A program made the position numbers and the translations under genes. A stretch of 63,770 bases of DNA, counting the filler, from Pelomyxa schiedti (lineage: Eukaryota > Protista > Evosea), in NCBI GenBank assembly GCA_020536535.1. It is 11 parts of 11 records of this genome, joined end to end, with 100 filler letters (N's around TTAATTAATTAA, not from the genome) between each part and the next. Parts side by side here need not be neighbours in the genome. Positions count along the whole stretch, not along the records: positions 1 to 5,627 come from JAHLWZ010001483.1; positions 5,728 to 17,144 come from JAHLWZ010001238.1; 9 more parts are not named here. The stretch is one strand, 5' to 3'. Every line of letters starts with the position of its first letter. Position 1 is the first letter of the stretch. The notes under the pieces are model-generated. The model worked only from the letters and a program-made list of their open reading frames with translations. It did not search any database and was not told the DNA's origin. Positions 1-9,557 of this stretch are shown piece after piece.

Positions 1-745
1 CTACTGTTAGCATCACCAGCTCGTGACTTGGTTGATCCAGCATGACAACCAGAAAATCAGTGCCATCGAAAACAAGTGAGTGCAGTGTGTTGGTCCATGG
101 CAGAGGCATTTGTTGCACTTTCTTCACATCACCACCACCAGAATCCTCCACCAGAAGTTCAAAGTTCCACAATGACATCACCTTGCCGGGTGTGTCAACA
201 ATAACACCCCACTTCCAGTTGTTCTTCCAAACCTCAGGCCATGACCTTCCTGTCTTTATGATTGTTTCCACATCATTCCCTGGTGCGTCAATGTCAATCA
301 CCCTAAAGTTGTATGGCACCCAGCTGCCACTTTCAAAGTCATTCACAAAAGCAAATTGCCTCCTGCGCCCATAATGATCATGAGTGGGACCAAGTAACTC
401 ACTCTGCAACCCAAGGTCTACCAAAGAAGGGTGATTGACGAGGCCCAGGGTCGGCGACACACTGAACATGACGTATTGTGTCTGAGGAGACATCTTCCTC
501 CCATTATTAACAGAAGCCAGTACCACGACGGGACGAAGGCGAGGGAACACGACCCACTCGCGACCGATGAGCGTCAACATCGACGGCGTGAGAATCGAGA
601 GCGCCGACCAGTTGCCACCACACCGTCCCACAATTGCACCCGCGGCCAAGGCAACAAACTGCGCCCTCGCGTCGGTTTGGTCATAAACACGGACTTCACC
701 ACGACAACGCCCTGAAGTCGGCGATTCTCCGTTCTTACCGTCCAT
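1..745 (-). CDS. Lineage-expanded 'DARxQF/RCG-module' family protein, 3'-truncated by the window start
   Basis: Minus-strand frame from ATG at 745 reads ...VYDQTDARAQFVALAAGAIVGRCGGNWSALSILTPSMLTLIGREWVVFP...SVSPTLGLV...WKNNWKWGVIV, a close tandem paralogue of 814..2046. It runs off the window, so the ORF track missed it. Confidence 0.8.
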   Translation of the reverse strand, partial: MDGKNGESPTSGRCRGEVRVYDQTDARAQFVALAAGAIVGRCGGNWSALSILTPSMLTLIGREWVVFPRLRPVVVLASVNNGRKMSPQTQYVMFSVSPTLGLVNHPSLVDLGLQSELLGPTHDHYGRRRQFAFVNDFESGSWVPYNFRVIDIDAPGNDVETIIKTGRSWPEVWKNNWKWGVIVDTPGKVMSLWNFELLVEDSGGGDVKKVQQMPLPWTNTLHSLVFDGTDFLVVMLDQPSHELVMLTV

Positions 746-813
746 CACCTTCTCAAAAGTAGATTTCCACTGGATTGAAAGGGAAATACTTTTTGATGTG
801 CCGTTTTGGCTCC

Positions 814-2046
814 TCACAGCACATTGGAAACATGGAACCCAGCCTCAGTCCTCATCTTAAAGACGGAAAACCCAGAAACAGCATCAACAACTTCAATGTA
901 TCTGTTCTTCTTGGCGCAAACTGGTTCCCTCACACCAAGCTCATGAGCAAAATGGATTGATCCGTGGCGCTCAACGGCGTGCCTGTGGCACAGCTTTGTT
1001 GGTTCCTCAACGCTGTACACCATCGTGGGGCTTCCACGCGGATACAACCTGGTTGTGAAGTAGGGCCCACCAATTGGTTTCATCACCTCGTTTCCCTTGT
1101 GGGATGTTGTGACTTGACCAGTGGTTATGCAGCACAGTGCACAATCACAGGTAGTTGTGTACACATTTCCACGCCAGCACCACGTGGCTTCAATGGACTT
1201 CCCGTTGAAAGCCGTTTGGGTGTGACTGATGACGACTCTTTGCTGCTCCCAAGTGGCTGTCAGGTCTACCGTGATCACCATCTGCTGGGTTGGCTGAGCA
1301 GCCAGCATGACAACCAGTAAGTCAGTGCCATCGAAAACAAGTGAAGTGACTCTGTGGGTCCATGGCAGAGGCATCTCCTGCACTTTCTTCACATCACCAC
1401 CAGGTTCTTCCACTGGAACCTCAAAGTTCCACAATGACATCTCCATTTTTTCAACCAGCACACCCCACTTCCAGTTGTGCTTCCAAATTTCAGGCCAGGT
1501 TTTTCTGTTCTTCATGATCATGATGGTTGCCACATCCTCATTCCCTGATACGTCCATGTAAATCACCTTCAAGCTGAATGACAATCCATTGAGGTTGTAA
1601 CTGGAATTCACAAAAGCAAATCGGCCATGAAGCCACCCATAATGATCATGAGGGCGATGAACAAGAGAAGAAGTGGGACCCACCCACCCGCGGAACTCAC
1701 TCTGCAACCCAAGGTCGAGCACACAAGGGTAATCAACGAGGCCCAGGGTCGGCGACACACTGAACATGACGTATTGTGTCTGGGGAGGCACCTTCCTCCC
1801 ATTATTGCGAGTAGTCAGGAGCACGACGGGACGAAGGCGAGGGAACACGACCCACTCGCGTCCGAGGAGCGTCAACATCGGCGGCGTGAGAATCGAGAGC
1901 GCCGACCAGTTGCCACCACACCGTCCCACAATGGCACCCGCGGCCAAGGAAACAAACTGCGCCCTCGCGTCGGTTTGATCATAAACACGGACATCACCAC
2001 CACGGCAACGAAGAAACGATGTCGATGGTGTAGTGTGGGATGCCAT
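814..2046 (-). CDS. 'DARxQF/RCG-module' family protein (410 aa, intronless, beta-strand-rich C-terminal region)
   Basis: Uninterrupted 410-aa ORF with N-terminal DARAQFVSLAAGAIVGRCG..SALSILTPPMLTLLGREWVV, then SVSPTLGLV, HNWKWGVLV and C-terminal IEVVDAVSGFSVFKM, motifs shared with paralogues elsewhere in the window. Confidence 0.85.
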   Translation of the reverse strand: MASHTTPSTSFLRCRGGDVRVYDQTDARAQFVSLAAGAIVGRCGGNWSALSILTPPMLTLLGREWVVFPRLRPVVLLTTRNNGRKVPPQTQYVMFSVSPTLGLVDYPCVLDLGLQSEFRGWVGPTSSLVHRPHDHYGWLHGRFAFVNSSYNLNGLSFSLKVIYMDVSGNEDVATIMIMKNRKTWPEIWKHNWKWGVLVEKMEMSLWNFEVPVEEPGGDVKKVQEMPLPWTHRVTSLVFDGTDLLVVMLAAQPTQQMVITVDLTATWEQQRVVISHTQTAFNGKSIEATWCWRGNVYTTTCDCALCCITTGQVTTSHKGNEVMKPIGGPYFTTRLYPRGSPTMVYSVEEPTKLCHRHAVERHGSIHFAHELGVREPVCAKKNRYIEVVDAVSGFSVFKMRTEAGFHVSNVL

Positions 2047-2282
2047 CCCCGGTCAATTTTTTCCTTTGCTTCACTACGGGGCAACAGTGAGAACACTTCG
2101 TGAGCGGTTGTTGAGGCTGATTTTCATGAAATTGCCCATCAATTTGGCAGACAACCAAAGGAGTTGACTGCAGCAAGGAATTCCTGCTGTATTTTGGTGT
2201 AGTGGATTGGTTGCCCCAGGTTTAAGACTCAGTTCGAGGTGCTGAGATTTACTGGTGATGAAGGGACTTTCGCAGAAAATAG

Positions 2283-5200
2283 ATGCAAGAAGAACAAGCC
2301 GTGCCGCACACAACGCCGAAAACAACATCAACAACCCCAAAAACCAGCGACGATGATGGCGCCCCGGGCATCACCACCACCAGCGGCGACAACAACAACA
2401 CAGGAACAACAACCGTGAATTGCTTCGTCGTCACCGAAGATGGTTCGTCCCCCACAACGGTCGGCGCGCTGTTCGCCGCCCTCATCGACAACCACATGGT
2501 GGCCGAACCGCCAAAAGAATTTATGGGACCTGGATCTTCGGTTCCCACCTCGAACTCGAAATCGGCCGCGGTTGCAGGCAGGCAGCAACAAGGCCCAAAA
2601 GAAGCACCCACGCTCACGGTCAGCGACCCACAATTCCTTCCCACCGGTTCTCCTCCTCATCCTCCCCCTCACGTTGTGTTTCACAGGAACGGAAGCTCGG
2701 CGATGAAGGCCGGGTGTGCGAGTTCAGAGGGTTCCGTGGTTGTGGTGGTCATGCCGGACAAGAATGTGCTTACCTGGGACAAAGTGGAAAACGTGCACCA
2801 CGAGGTTGTGCGGCTTGACCCAAGGGCTGTGATTCTGTTTAACTTTGGGGAGAATGAGCCTGTTTTTGCCTTGGCAGATCATAAATTTGATTCCTCACCG
2901 CTTTGTGTGGCATTTTTTGTATGCTTCTTTTCTTTTTTGTTTTTTTTCCCTTTTTTTGAAAGATTAAATGCCAAGAAAAAAGATGGGAGCAAACAAGATA
3001 CTCATGCAGAATGGCCTGTCAGAAAGCTCTTTGAAAGCACTGATAACTTCAGTTGTTGAAGAAGCCTGCACAAAAACGCCCAAGTGTTGCCAAGGTACAA
3101 CAACAAATGTAAAACAATTTTGATTCTTATTTCTCTCAAGGTATCATCAGTATTCCCACACTCCTTCCGGTGTCCTGTTCAAGTATTCCCCATTTTCCAC
3201 AGGATGGGTCAATAGACATCATGTTAATGGACCGTCTGACTGCCCGATCAATGCTGTGGCACCTTCTTTCAGCTAGACCGTCTGCTCCAACCATTCAACA
3301 ATGGGCATTGCGTGCATGGGTGAGAGCCAGGAATTGGCCTGCCTTGAAGGAGCTGCTCTGCTTTCCCAGTGATATCTTGTTCAACTCCACCATTGACCTT
3401 GGGAATCTGTCATTGGACTGTGTCCCACCCCAGCTTGAAGGCATTTCATGCAGCACACTGAACATCTCTGGCAATCAAATCGACGAAATACCAGAGTGGC
3501 TCCTCCATGCAAGAGTGTTCACAGTGAACTTGGACGGGAACCCTCTGAGAGGTCTTCCAGAACATGTGAGGAACAAAGAATGGTGGGTGATCAAGGTCTT
3601 CCTGTTGTTTGGCGATATGCCTGTCCTGCACAACATCCGCAGGCTTGTTGTTGTTGGAGGACCGCAACACCTCAAGTCTGGACTCTTGAAGTGCCTGATG
3701 GAGAACAAACTCAAGACGAAGGTGAAACTCCCCAAACCCCAGACCAAAAAGACAACGACAGCCTCAGAAGCAGAAGCAGAAGCAGAAGAAGGCAGCCCAA
3801 TCATCAAAGTTCACAAACCGTTCAAGTTGCTGAACAAGAAGAATTGGACAGCATGGGAATTAGGTTTTTTTTATTATTACTATCTATACAACTCAAAACA
3901 TTCATTTTTTTAATTGTCCAACAAAACAAAACACTCAGGAGGAAGCAACGAAGACTGGAACACGTTTTATCCTTGCTTCTTCTTTGCTGACTCCACTTTC
4001 ATGCTCATTGTTGATGCATCGTTGAGCACCAACGTGAAGCTCCACAAAATGAACTTCTGGCTCCAACAAATTTATTCAATCCACAAAATGAAGTCTGCAA
4101 CAAGATGTGGAAGGATACATCGTCCACAGAGCACAGTTCCCATGGTGATTATTGTTGAAATTTCCTCCAGTGGTCTGGGAGCTCCTCAGTCATTCAAGAA
4201 CTTTTTTGTCACCCTTGTTGTCCAATGGAGAAGCAAAATTGGATTCTGTGGCTGCTTTTCAGTGAGCCTGGCAGATGGACATGGATATAACACCACATCC
4301 AGCCCTTACAGCTCCAACATCTTGGAGGATATCACTGATACACTCCGTGGGTTTGATGTCCCAGAATGCGTTCCACGGAGCTGGCTGAAGCTGCGAAACC
4401 ACCTCCTGCTGAGAAGTAGAAGTGGAGGAGTGAAGACCACCACTGCTGCACCGTTGAAATGGTCCCAACTGATTGGAATGGCAAGCAGATGTGGAGTTGG
4501 GAGAACTGCACGCAGAATAAGCCACAACAGAGAACAGGAGGAAATGAGGATGTGCTTTGACTGGTTGTCCGACGTGGGATCCATTTTCCACTTCAGGAAT
4601 AGCCACATCAGCAGCAACATCCTCTTCAGTGAGCTTCAGAAGAGATTCACAGACATAAAGAACGAGATTCTCGTTTTGGAGCCAGCTTGGTTCACTGAGA
4701 TCACATCCAAAATCAGGAAGGATGTCAGCACGGACTTTGAAGGTTGCTACACTTCCTTCAACCTCGATCCCATGAGGCTCAGGGCAACAACCACCATGTT
4801 GCCACATTTGGAACAAACAGGGATGACAATGTTCATCCATGGAAAACCACATGCGTCCTTCTTTCTTCTCCCTGACACACCCACTGTCCCTCCCTTTGTG
4901 GTGCATTCCTTCTGGAATCTCGCCGGCAGAAAACAGAAGGTCAATGAAGGGGTCACACACGGCTGCATGATAGACTTTGGGTTCCTCCCTGTTGAAGCAT
5001 TCACCACGGTGATGTGTTCATTGTGCAACATTCCAGGTGTCACTCCACATTGGTTCTGGAGGGATGGCATTGTCATCTCAATGAAGTGTCCCAGGAGTGA
5101 CGTTGGTGATGGAGCACAACAACAAAGGTTTTACTTGCTGATGAACCGTGTTGCAGGCAAAGCCACACAAGAAACGAAAGTTGAGGTTGCCATGAGAACG

Positions 5201-5627
5201 ACCGTGGACCCAAAGGGAACACAAATCATCTGGAAGAACAACCCAATGACCACCGCTCTTGCTTTGCTCACAACAGCGGCTCGATTGATGACCAACCAAC
5301 CCCCATTGGAGCTCTTTTTCGTTTGTCCAGAGTGCATGGAGCAGAGCACACCGTCTGAACCGGACTGGGGAACCCACTTTGGGACTCCCAGGGAGCCTGG
5401 CCACGGTTACATCTCACACAAAACAATCATGGAAGCGGTGGTAAAACGCCAAGAGAATATCACTTGCTTGAGGGATCACAATGTGCCGATTGCTGGAATT
5501 GCACCAGATGACTTCTTCAAACCTGTAATCATCGATGGCACCAACAACAAGAGTGATGATGGAAGTGAAGAACCAGCCACCGTGCCCCATTTGACAGTGT
5601 TGTATTCCGATTGCAACGAGCCAAAGG
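2283..5627 (+). CDS. Roco-family protein (LRR - degenerate Roc GTPase - COR), multi-exon, 3'-truncated at contig end
   Basis: LRRs (LGNLSLDCVP, LNISGNQIDEIP, LDGNPLRGLP); Roc-like RLVVVGGPQHLKSGLLKCL; spliced WELG|GSNEDWNTFYPCFF..STFMLIVD (GT-AG intron ~3862-3939); COR-like VPRSWLKLRNHL, CFDWLSDVGSIFHF, ILVLEPAWF. Confidence 0.75.
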
Positions 5628-5727
5628 NNNNNNNNNNNNNNNNNNNNNNNNNNNNNNNNNNNNNNNNNNNNTTAATTAATTAANNNNNNNNNNNNNNNNN
5701 NNNNNNNNNNNNNNNNNNNNNNNNNNN
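5628..5727. other. Artificial contig linker (44 N + TTAATTAATTAA + 44 N), first of ten
   Basis: Identical 100-nt structure also at 17145-17244, 38269-38368, 39971-40070, 46268-46367, 50744-50843, 52879-52978, 54940-55039, 60467-60566 and 61757-61856. The 12-mer puts stop codons in all six frames. Confidence 0.97.
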
Positions 5728-6106
5728 AAGGAATGGCCTACATCGAGTTTGCAGACAAGGAATCCGTAGCCACTGCTATCGCTCTTACTGATTCCGAACT
5801 TAAGGGAAGACAAGTAAAGGTTGAAGCTTCACTAAACAAAAAAAATATTCACGGTACTGAAAATCCACAGGTAGTCCAGAAGCGGACCAATATCCCATAT
5901 CATGGGGGTAGAGGAAGATACCGGCGATACATGCCATCAATGCCATATCCCTATATGAGTCCCTGTGTGTATCTTCCTTCTTCTAAACCAAACCAAAAAG
6001 CTAATACCGCAACCAAGATGGCATGCCGTGGTACCCAATGGGACCGCCACCAAGCAGGCCTCGTATGCACTACCGCAGAGCATCATTCTATCACCCCTAC
6101 ATGTGA
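5728..6106 (+). CDS. PABPN1: Nuclear poly(A)-binding protein 2 (RRM), 5'-truncated, 2 introns
   Basis: RNP1 (AYIEFADKESVATAIALTDSELKGRQVK|VVQKRTNIP), Arg/Gly/Tyr-rich tail and terminal ...RRASFYHPYM*, as in PABPN1/PABP2. Confidence 0.8.
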
Positions 6107-6200
6107 TACTCCAACCCAAAACCATTCAACATTCAAGTCTCCAAAAGAAATCATGTTAACCATTGTCAATCACTAGTTTCCGCGATCAATCAGTGAGGCG

Positions 6201-7259
6201 ATGGGCTGCAGCTGCTGTTGCTGTAGGCGCGAGCAGGAACCAAAGGTGCCACCAGTGCACCCAGCCGACGAAGAGGGCGATGAGAAAACCCCAATCCTAA
6301 CAAGCAAACACGGTGCAGGGGCGGGGGCGGGGGCGGGGGCAGGGGCAGGGACAGGGGCGGGGGCAGGTACAGCGGGGGGGCGGAGAGGGGGAGGGGGAGG
6401 GGGAGGGGCAGCGGGTGGTGGTGGGTCAGTTGCCGCCATCGTCGACGTGGCAATACTGGGTGGTGCGTGCGTGTGCTGCGTGTGTGCTGTTGTGTGTCCA
6501 ACAACTCTTATTGCTTACGTGTTACTGTGATGATGCCAGATTCTGGGTCGGGAAAGACAAGCTTTCTTTGTCGCATGTTGGTATATATTACTACTTTGGC
6601 CTATGCACAAAGTGAAAAAAACACAAAAAAAAAAACATAGGATATACCTGTTACTCAAAACCCAGAGGTTGAACTTTCGTTAAGTCGTTTAAAATGCTCA
6701 AGAAACTAACACACAAGAATACATCGGCGAACAACGCGGAACTTGGTTGCTCTATCAGCTACAAAGAGTACACCATTCGCCCACACGAAATGAGCAGTTT
6801 TTATCACTTCCTTCTCATTTTGTTTTGATTAAACTGCCTAGCAATTGAAATGACGCGTATTCCTATCTTCCTCCTTGTATATGACTTGGAATGTAAAATT
6901 GACAGTATTGAAGAGTGGATTAGTGGCATATCGAGGTCTCCTGATAGATGTGCTGATAGACTTTTTCCCATCATTTTTTTTAGAGTCTGCCAACACACTT
7001 CAGAAGGCATTCTCGTCGGAATGAAGTGTGATGCAGTAAACGAGGACAAGTTGACACAGTTGAGTGAAAGATTAAGTGAAAACTTTCCAGATTTGAAGAA
7101 CTTGTGTGTCATTCTCTTCTTTTACAAAAGCCCTAACTTTGTTATAACCCAAGCTTTGTGAGTGCACTCGACAACCAGGGTTTTGCCGCACTAAAAACAG
7201 CCTTATACACACAAGTCCAGTCTCTGTTGGCCAAAACAACATTCGATCAGCAGGACTGA
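6201..7259 (+). CDS. Atypical Ras-superfamily small GTPase with N-terminal MGCSCCCC lipidation signal, about 6 introns
   Basis: Splicing 6463-6539 gives the P-loop VDVAILG|DSGSGKTSFLCRML. Later exons give PIFLLVYDL, ILVGMKCD (G4) and FVSALDNQGF (G5); stop TGA at 7257-7259. The middle exons are my reconstruction. Confidence 0.7.
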
Positions 7260-7284
7260 GCTGGAAACAAAAAAAAAAAAGTAG

Positions 7285-7356
7285 TGGCCCCGCTCAGAAT
7301 CGAACTGAGATCAAGAGAGCCAAAATCTCCCATACTAACCATTATACTACGGAGCC
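7285..7356 (-). tRNA. trnQ-TTG: tRNA-Gln(TTG)
   Basis: Reverse complement GGCTCCG TA GTAT..AGTAT G GGAGA TTTTGGC TCTCT TGAT CTCAG TTCGATT CTGAG CGGGGCC A folds to a 72-nt cloverleaf with anticodon TTG. Confidence 0.93.
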
Positions 7357-7457
7357 TTATCAACAAGGAAAATCCTTGAAGACCAATGTTATTCCAGAAG
7401 GGGGAGCACTTCTCCTCTCCGAGTGCCATAACTTTTTTCGTGGTGGGCTTGTAACTT

Positions 7458-7547
7458 GCTCTGGTAGCTCAGTTGGTTAGAGCGCGGTACTTATAAGAAC
7501 AGTATTGAGTCATGCTGAGGTCGTGGGTTCGATCCCCACCCGGAGCA
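7458..7547 (+). tRNA. trnI-TAT: tRNA-Ile(TAT) with 16-nt canonical intron (7496-7511)
   Basis: GCTCTGG/CCGGAGC acceptor stem, GCTC/GAGC D stem, CGGTA CT TAT A [intron] A TGCTG, GTGGG TTCGATC CCCAC T arm; followed by a T-run terminator. Confidence 0.93.
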
Positions 7548-7836
7548 CTCTTTTTCCTCAGCAAGATAAGTACAACGTTCTGTTTCCTGTTTTTGCCACT
7601 CCATGTGCAATGTAGTTGAGTATATGGTTAAAGTGGGTTGAAGAAACAACCCTAAAATGTTTTCCACAAAAAGCTGGTTTCGCTGGGTGTCCTCAAGTGT
7701 GTAAAACTTACGTGCTGCCAGTTGCACTACGTAACCCTTCTGTTGTAACTACCTTAGGTCCTTGTGACAAATGACGGAATTATCCTTCCATATTTTAGAA
7801 AATTACGAGAACTTCCTGTTGCTCCTGTCATAGGAA

Positions 7837-7918
7837 GCGTCGGTGGCGGAGTTGGTCTAACGCGGTGCACTCAAGATGCATTTCCTTTGGAGCCTGGGTT
7901 CGAATCCCAGCCGGCGCA
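7837..7918 (+). tRNA. trnL-CAA: tRNA-Leu(CAA)
   Basis: GCGTCGG/CCGGCGC acceptor stem, GTGCA CT CAA GA TGCAT anticodon arm, long variable arm, CTGGG TTCGAAT CCCAG T arm; poly-T terminator. Confidence 0.93.
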
Positions 7919-7959
7919 TCTTTTTTTTTTTTTTTTTATTATTTGTGGCTTCCCGCGCG

Positions 7960-9464
7960 TCACAACAAATTCCATACCAAAACGAGCTGGTTGGTTGTTA
8001 TTGGCCTTCGGCAAATGGGGCACTCGGCCTGGTAATTGTGAGCACTTGAATATGACGTTTTGGTTGATGAGTGGTTGGCGTGTATTTGCTTACCTTGTTT
8101 GTTGTCATATTGTTCACAATGCAATCCCAGCAGAAAACATGCCCACAGGGTGTGCACGTGGGGTGCTGTCGAGGAGAAAGGCAGAGAACGCATACAGGAG
8201 CGGTTGGATTCAACGAATTAGTATCGGTATCATGGAGCGGTTCGTTTTGTTCCTTTCCGGAGGGCCTATCTGAAAGTGTAAACAAGGGTTGAAAATGTAC
8301 GCAGTTACAGTGTTGAGATACGCCGTGCGTTTCTGATTTCTCGTAGAATATTTACAGCAGAAACAACTGACTGAAGCATTAGCATTCCACCAAGAAATTC
8401 ATAGCCCCCTTGCTGGGAATGTATGCTTGGTGCCGGAGCAGAGGAAAACTAAGAGCTATGATAAATAAAACGCTGTGAGGCACAGACCGCACATAACGCA
8501 GTCGGAAGAGACGTTTAGTGAAATCGACATATTTACCTTTGTTTTGTTGGGAAAAACTTAGAAAATCTTTTACCTCGGAGATAAAAGATGGCAAGATGCA
8601 TCTGTCGTAAAATTGGCAAAAGAGAGTGGAGATGCTTGATGGAATCTATTACTTGTCTCTGGTTTTGTTCTCTTCCTGCACCAAGTGAGTAGAGTATTTC
8701 GGTTTTTATTGTTTGCCATGGATGCCATACCTGGACCGAAAAGTTTGATCAAGATATTGTCAGCAGTGGAAGGACTGCACGAAGCAGCCTTATTGATGAT
8801 GTACGGCAACACAACACTGAATAGAACCAAAGCTACATTCTCCTACCAGGAGTTAGCACATTAAACGCTGAAATTTAACCCATTCACTCCCAACAACAGC
8901 AACAACAACAACACTCACGCGAACTGAAGGTGTCACATATTTTCCAGCACCAACAGGCCTCATTGCAACAATATCTGCATACTCCTCTCCAAGCGTGCGC
9001 ATACCAACCCCTCGTCCCATAATGGAATCGCCGCCGCTCCTCCCGCCCATAATTGCTCCGGAGCCATAGTAGAACAGGTCCGCCAACAGCTCGCACTCCT
9101 GCTGGAACCCGATGACCCTCTGCTGCCCTGAATTTTGGATTTTACATTGTTACATTTAATGCGGCGGGGAGCGAGCGCACCGAGGACGTGGCACAGAGTG
9201 TCGTAACACGACGAGCGCAGTGCGCCACCGCACACGGCGTCCTTTCTCGTGCCCCGTATCACCTGCACCCGTAGCCACCACTGATGACGATGACATTCTC
9301 AGAGTTGTTTGATTGAGGGTACTTGCTGCTCAGCCTACTTTTCGTGTGCTCATTCATGAATGAAAAGACGAGAGAACATATCCTTGGGCCCCAAGTGGGA
9401 TCGAGTACTTCGGACTCAAACTTGGTTGTCTGATTGGGAGCTCAGAATAGCCACCATTTAGCAT
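7960..9464 (-). CDS. PEX10: Peroxin-10, peroxisomal RING E3 ligase, multi-exon
   Basis: N-terminal LGAQGY|VIRGTRKD (RAxQKD-like), [12 protein letters not shown]...[11 protein letters not shown] (Pex2/10/12 N-domain signature), C-terminal [29 protein letters not shown]...ECPICR. Start codon is inferred. Confidence 0.88.
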
Positions 9465-9557
9465 GAACAGATCTTCCACTTTACCGTAAAAACCCGAACG
9501 ACAAAAACCACTCTCAGAGGAGAAAAACAAAAAAAAAAAACCGTAACACAGCAGGAC

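Noticed and set aside
5672-5683. TTAATTAATTAA palindrome recurring ten times, as a possible piggyBac-type target site or regulatory repeat
   Set aside because: It is always centred in exactly 88 Ns and gives stops in six frames: an artificial linker.
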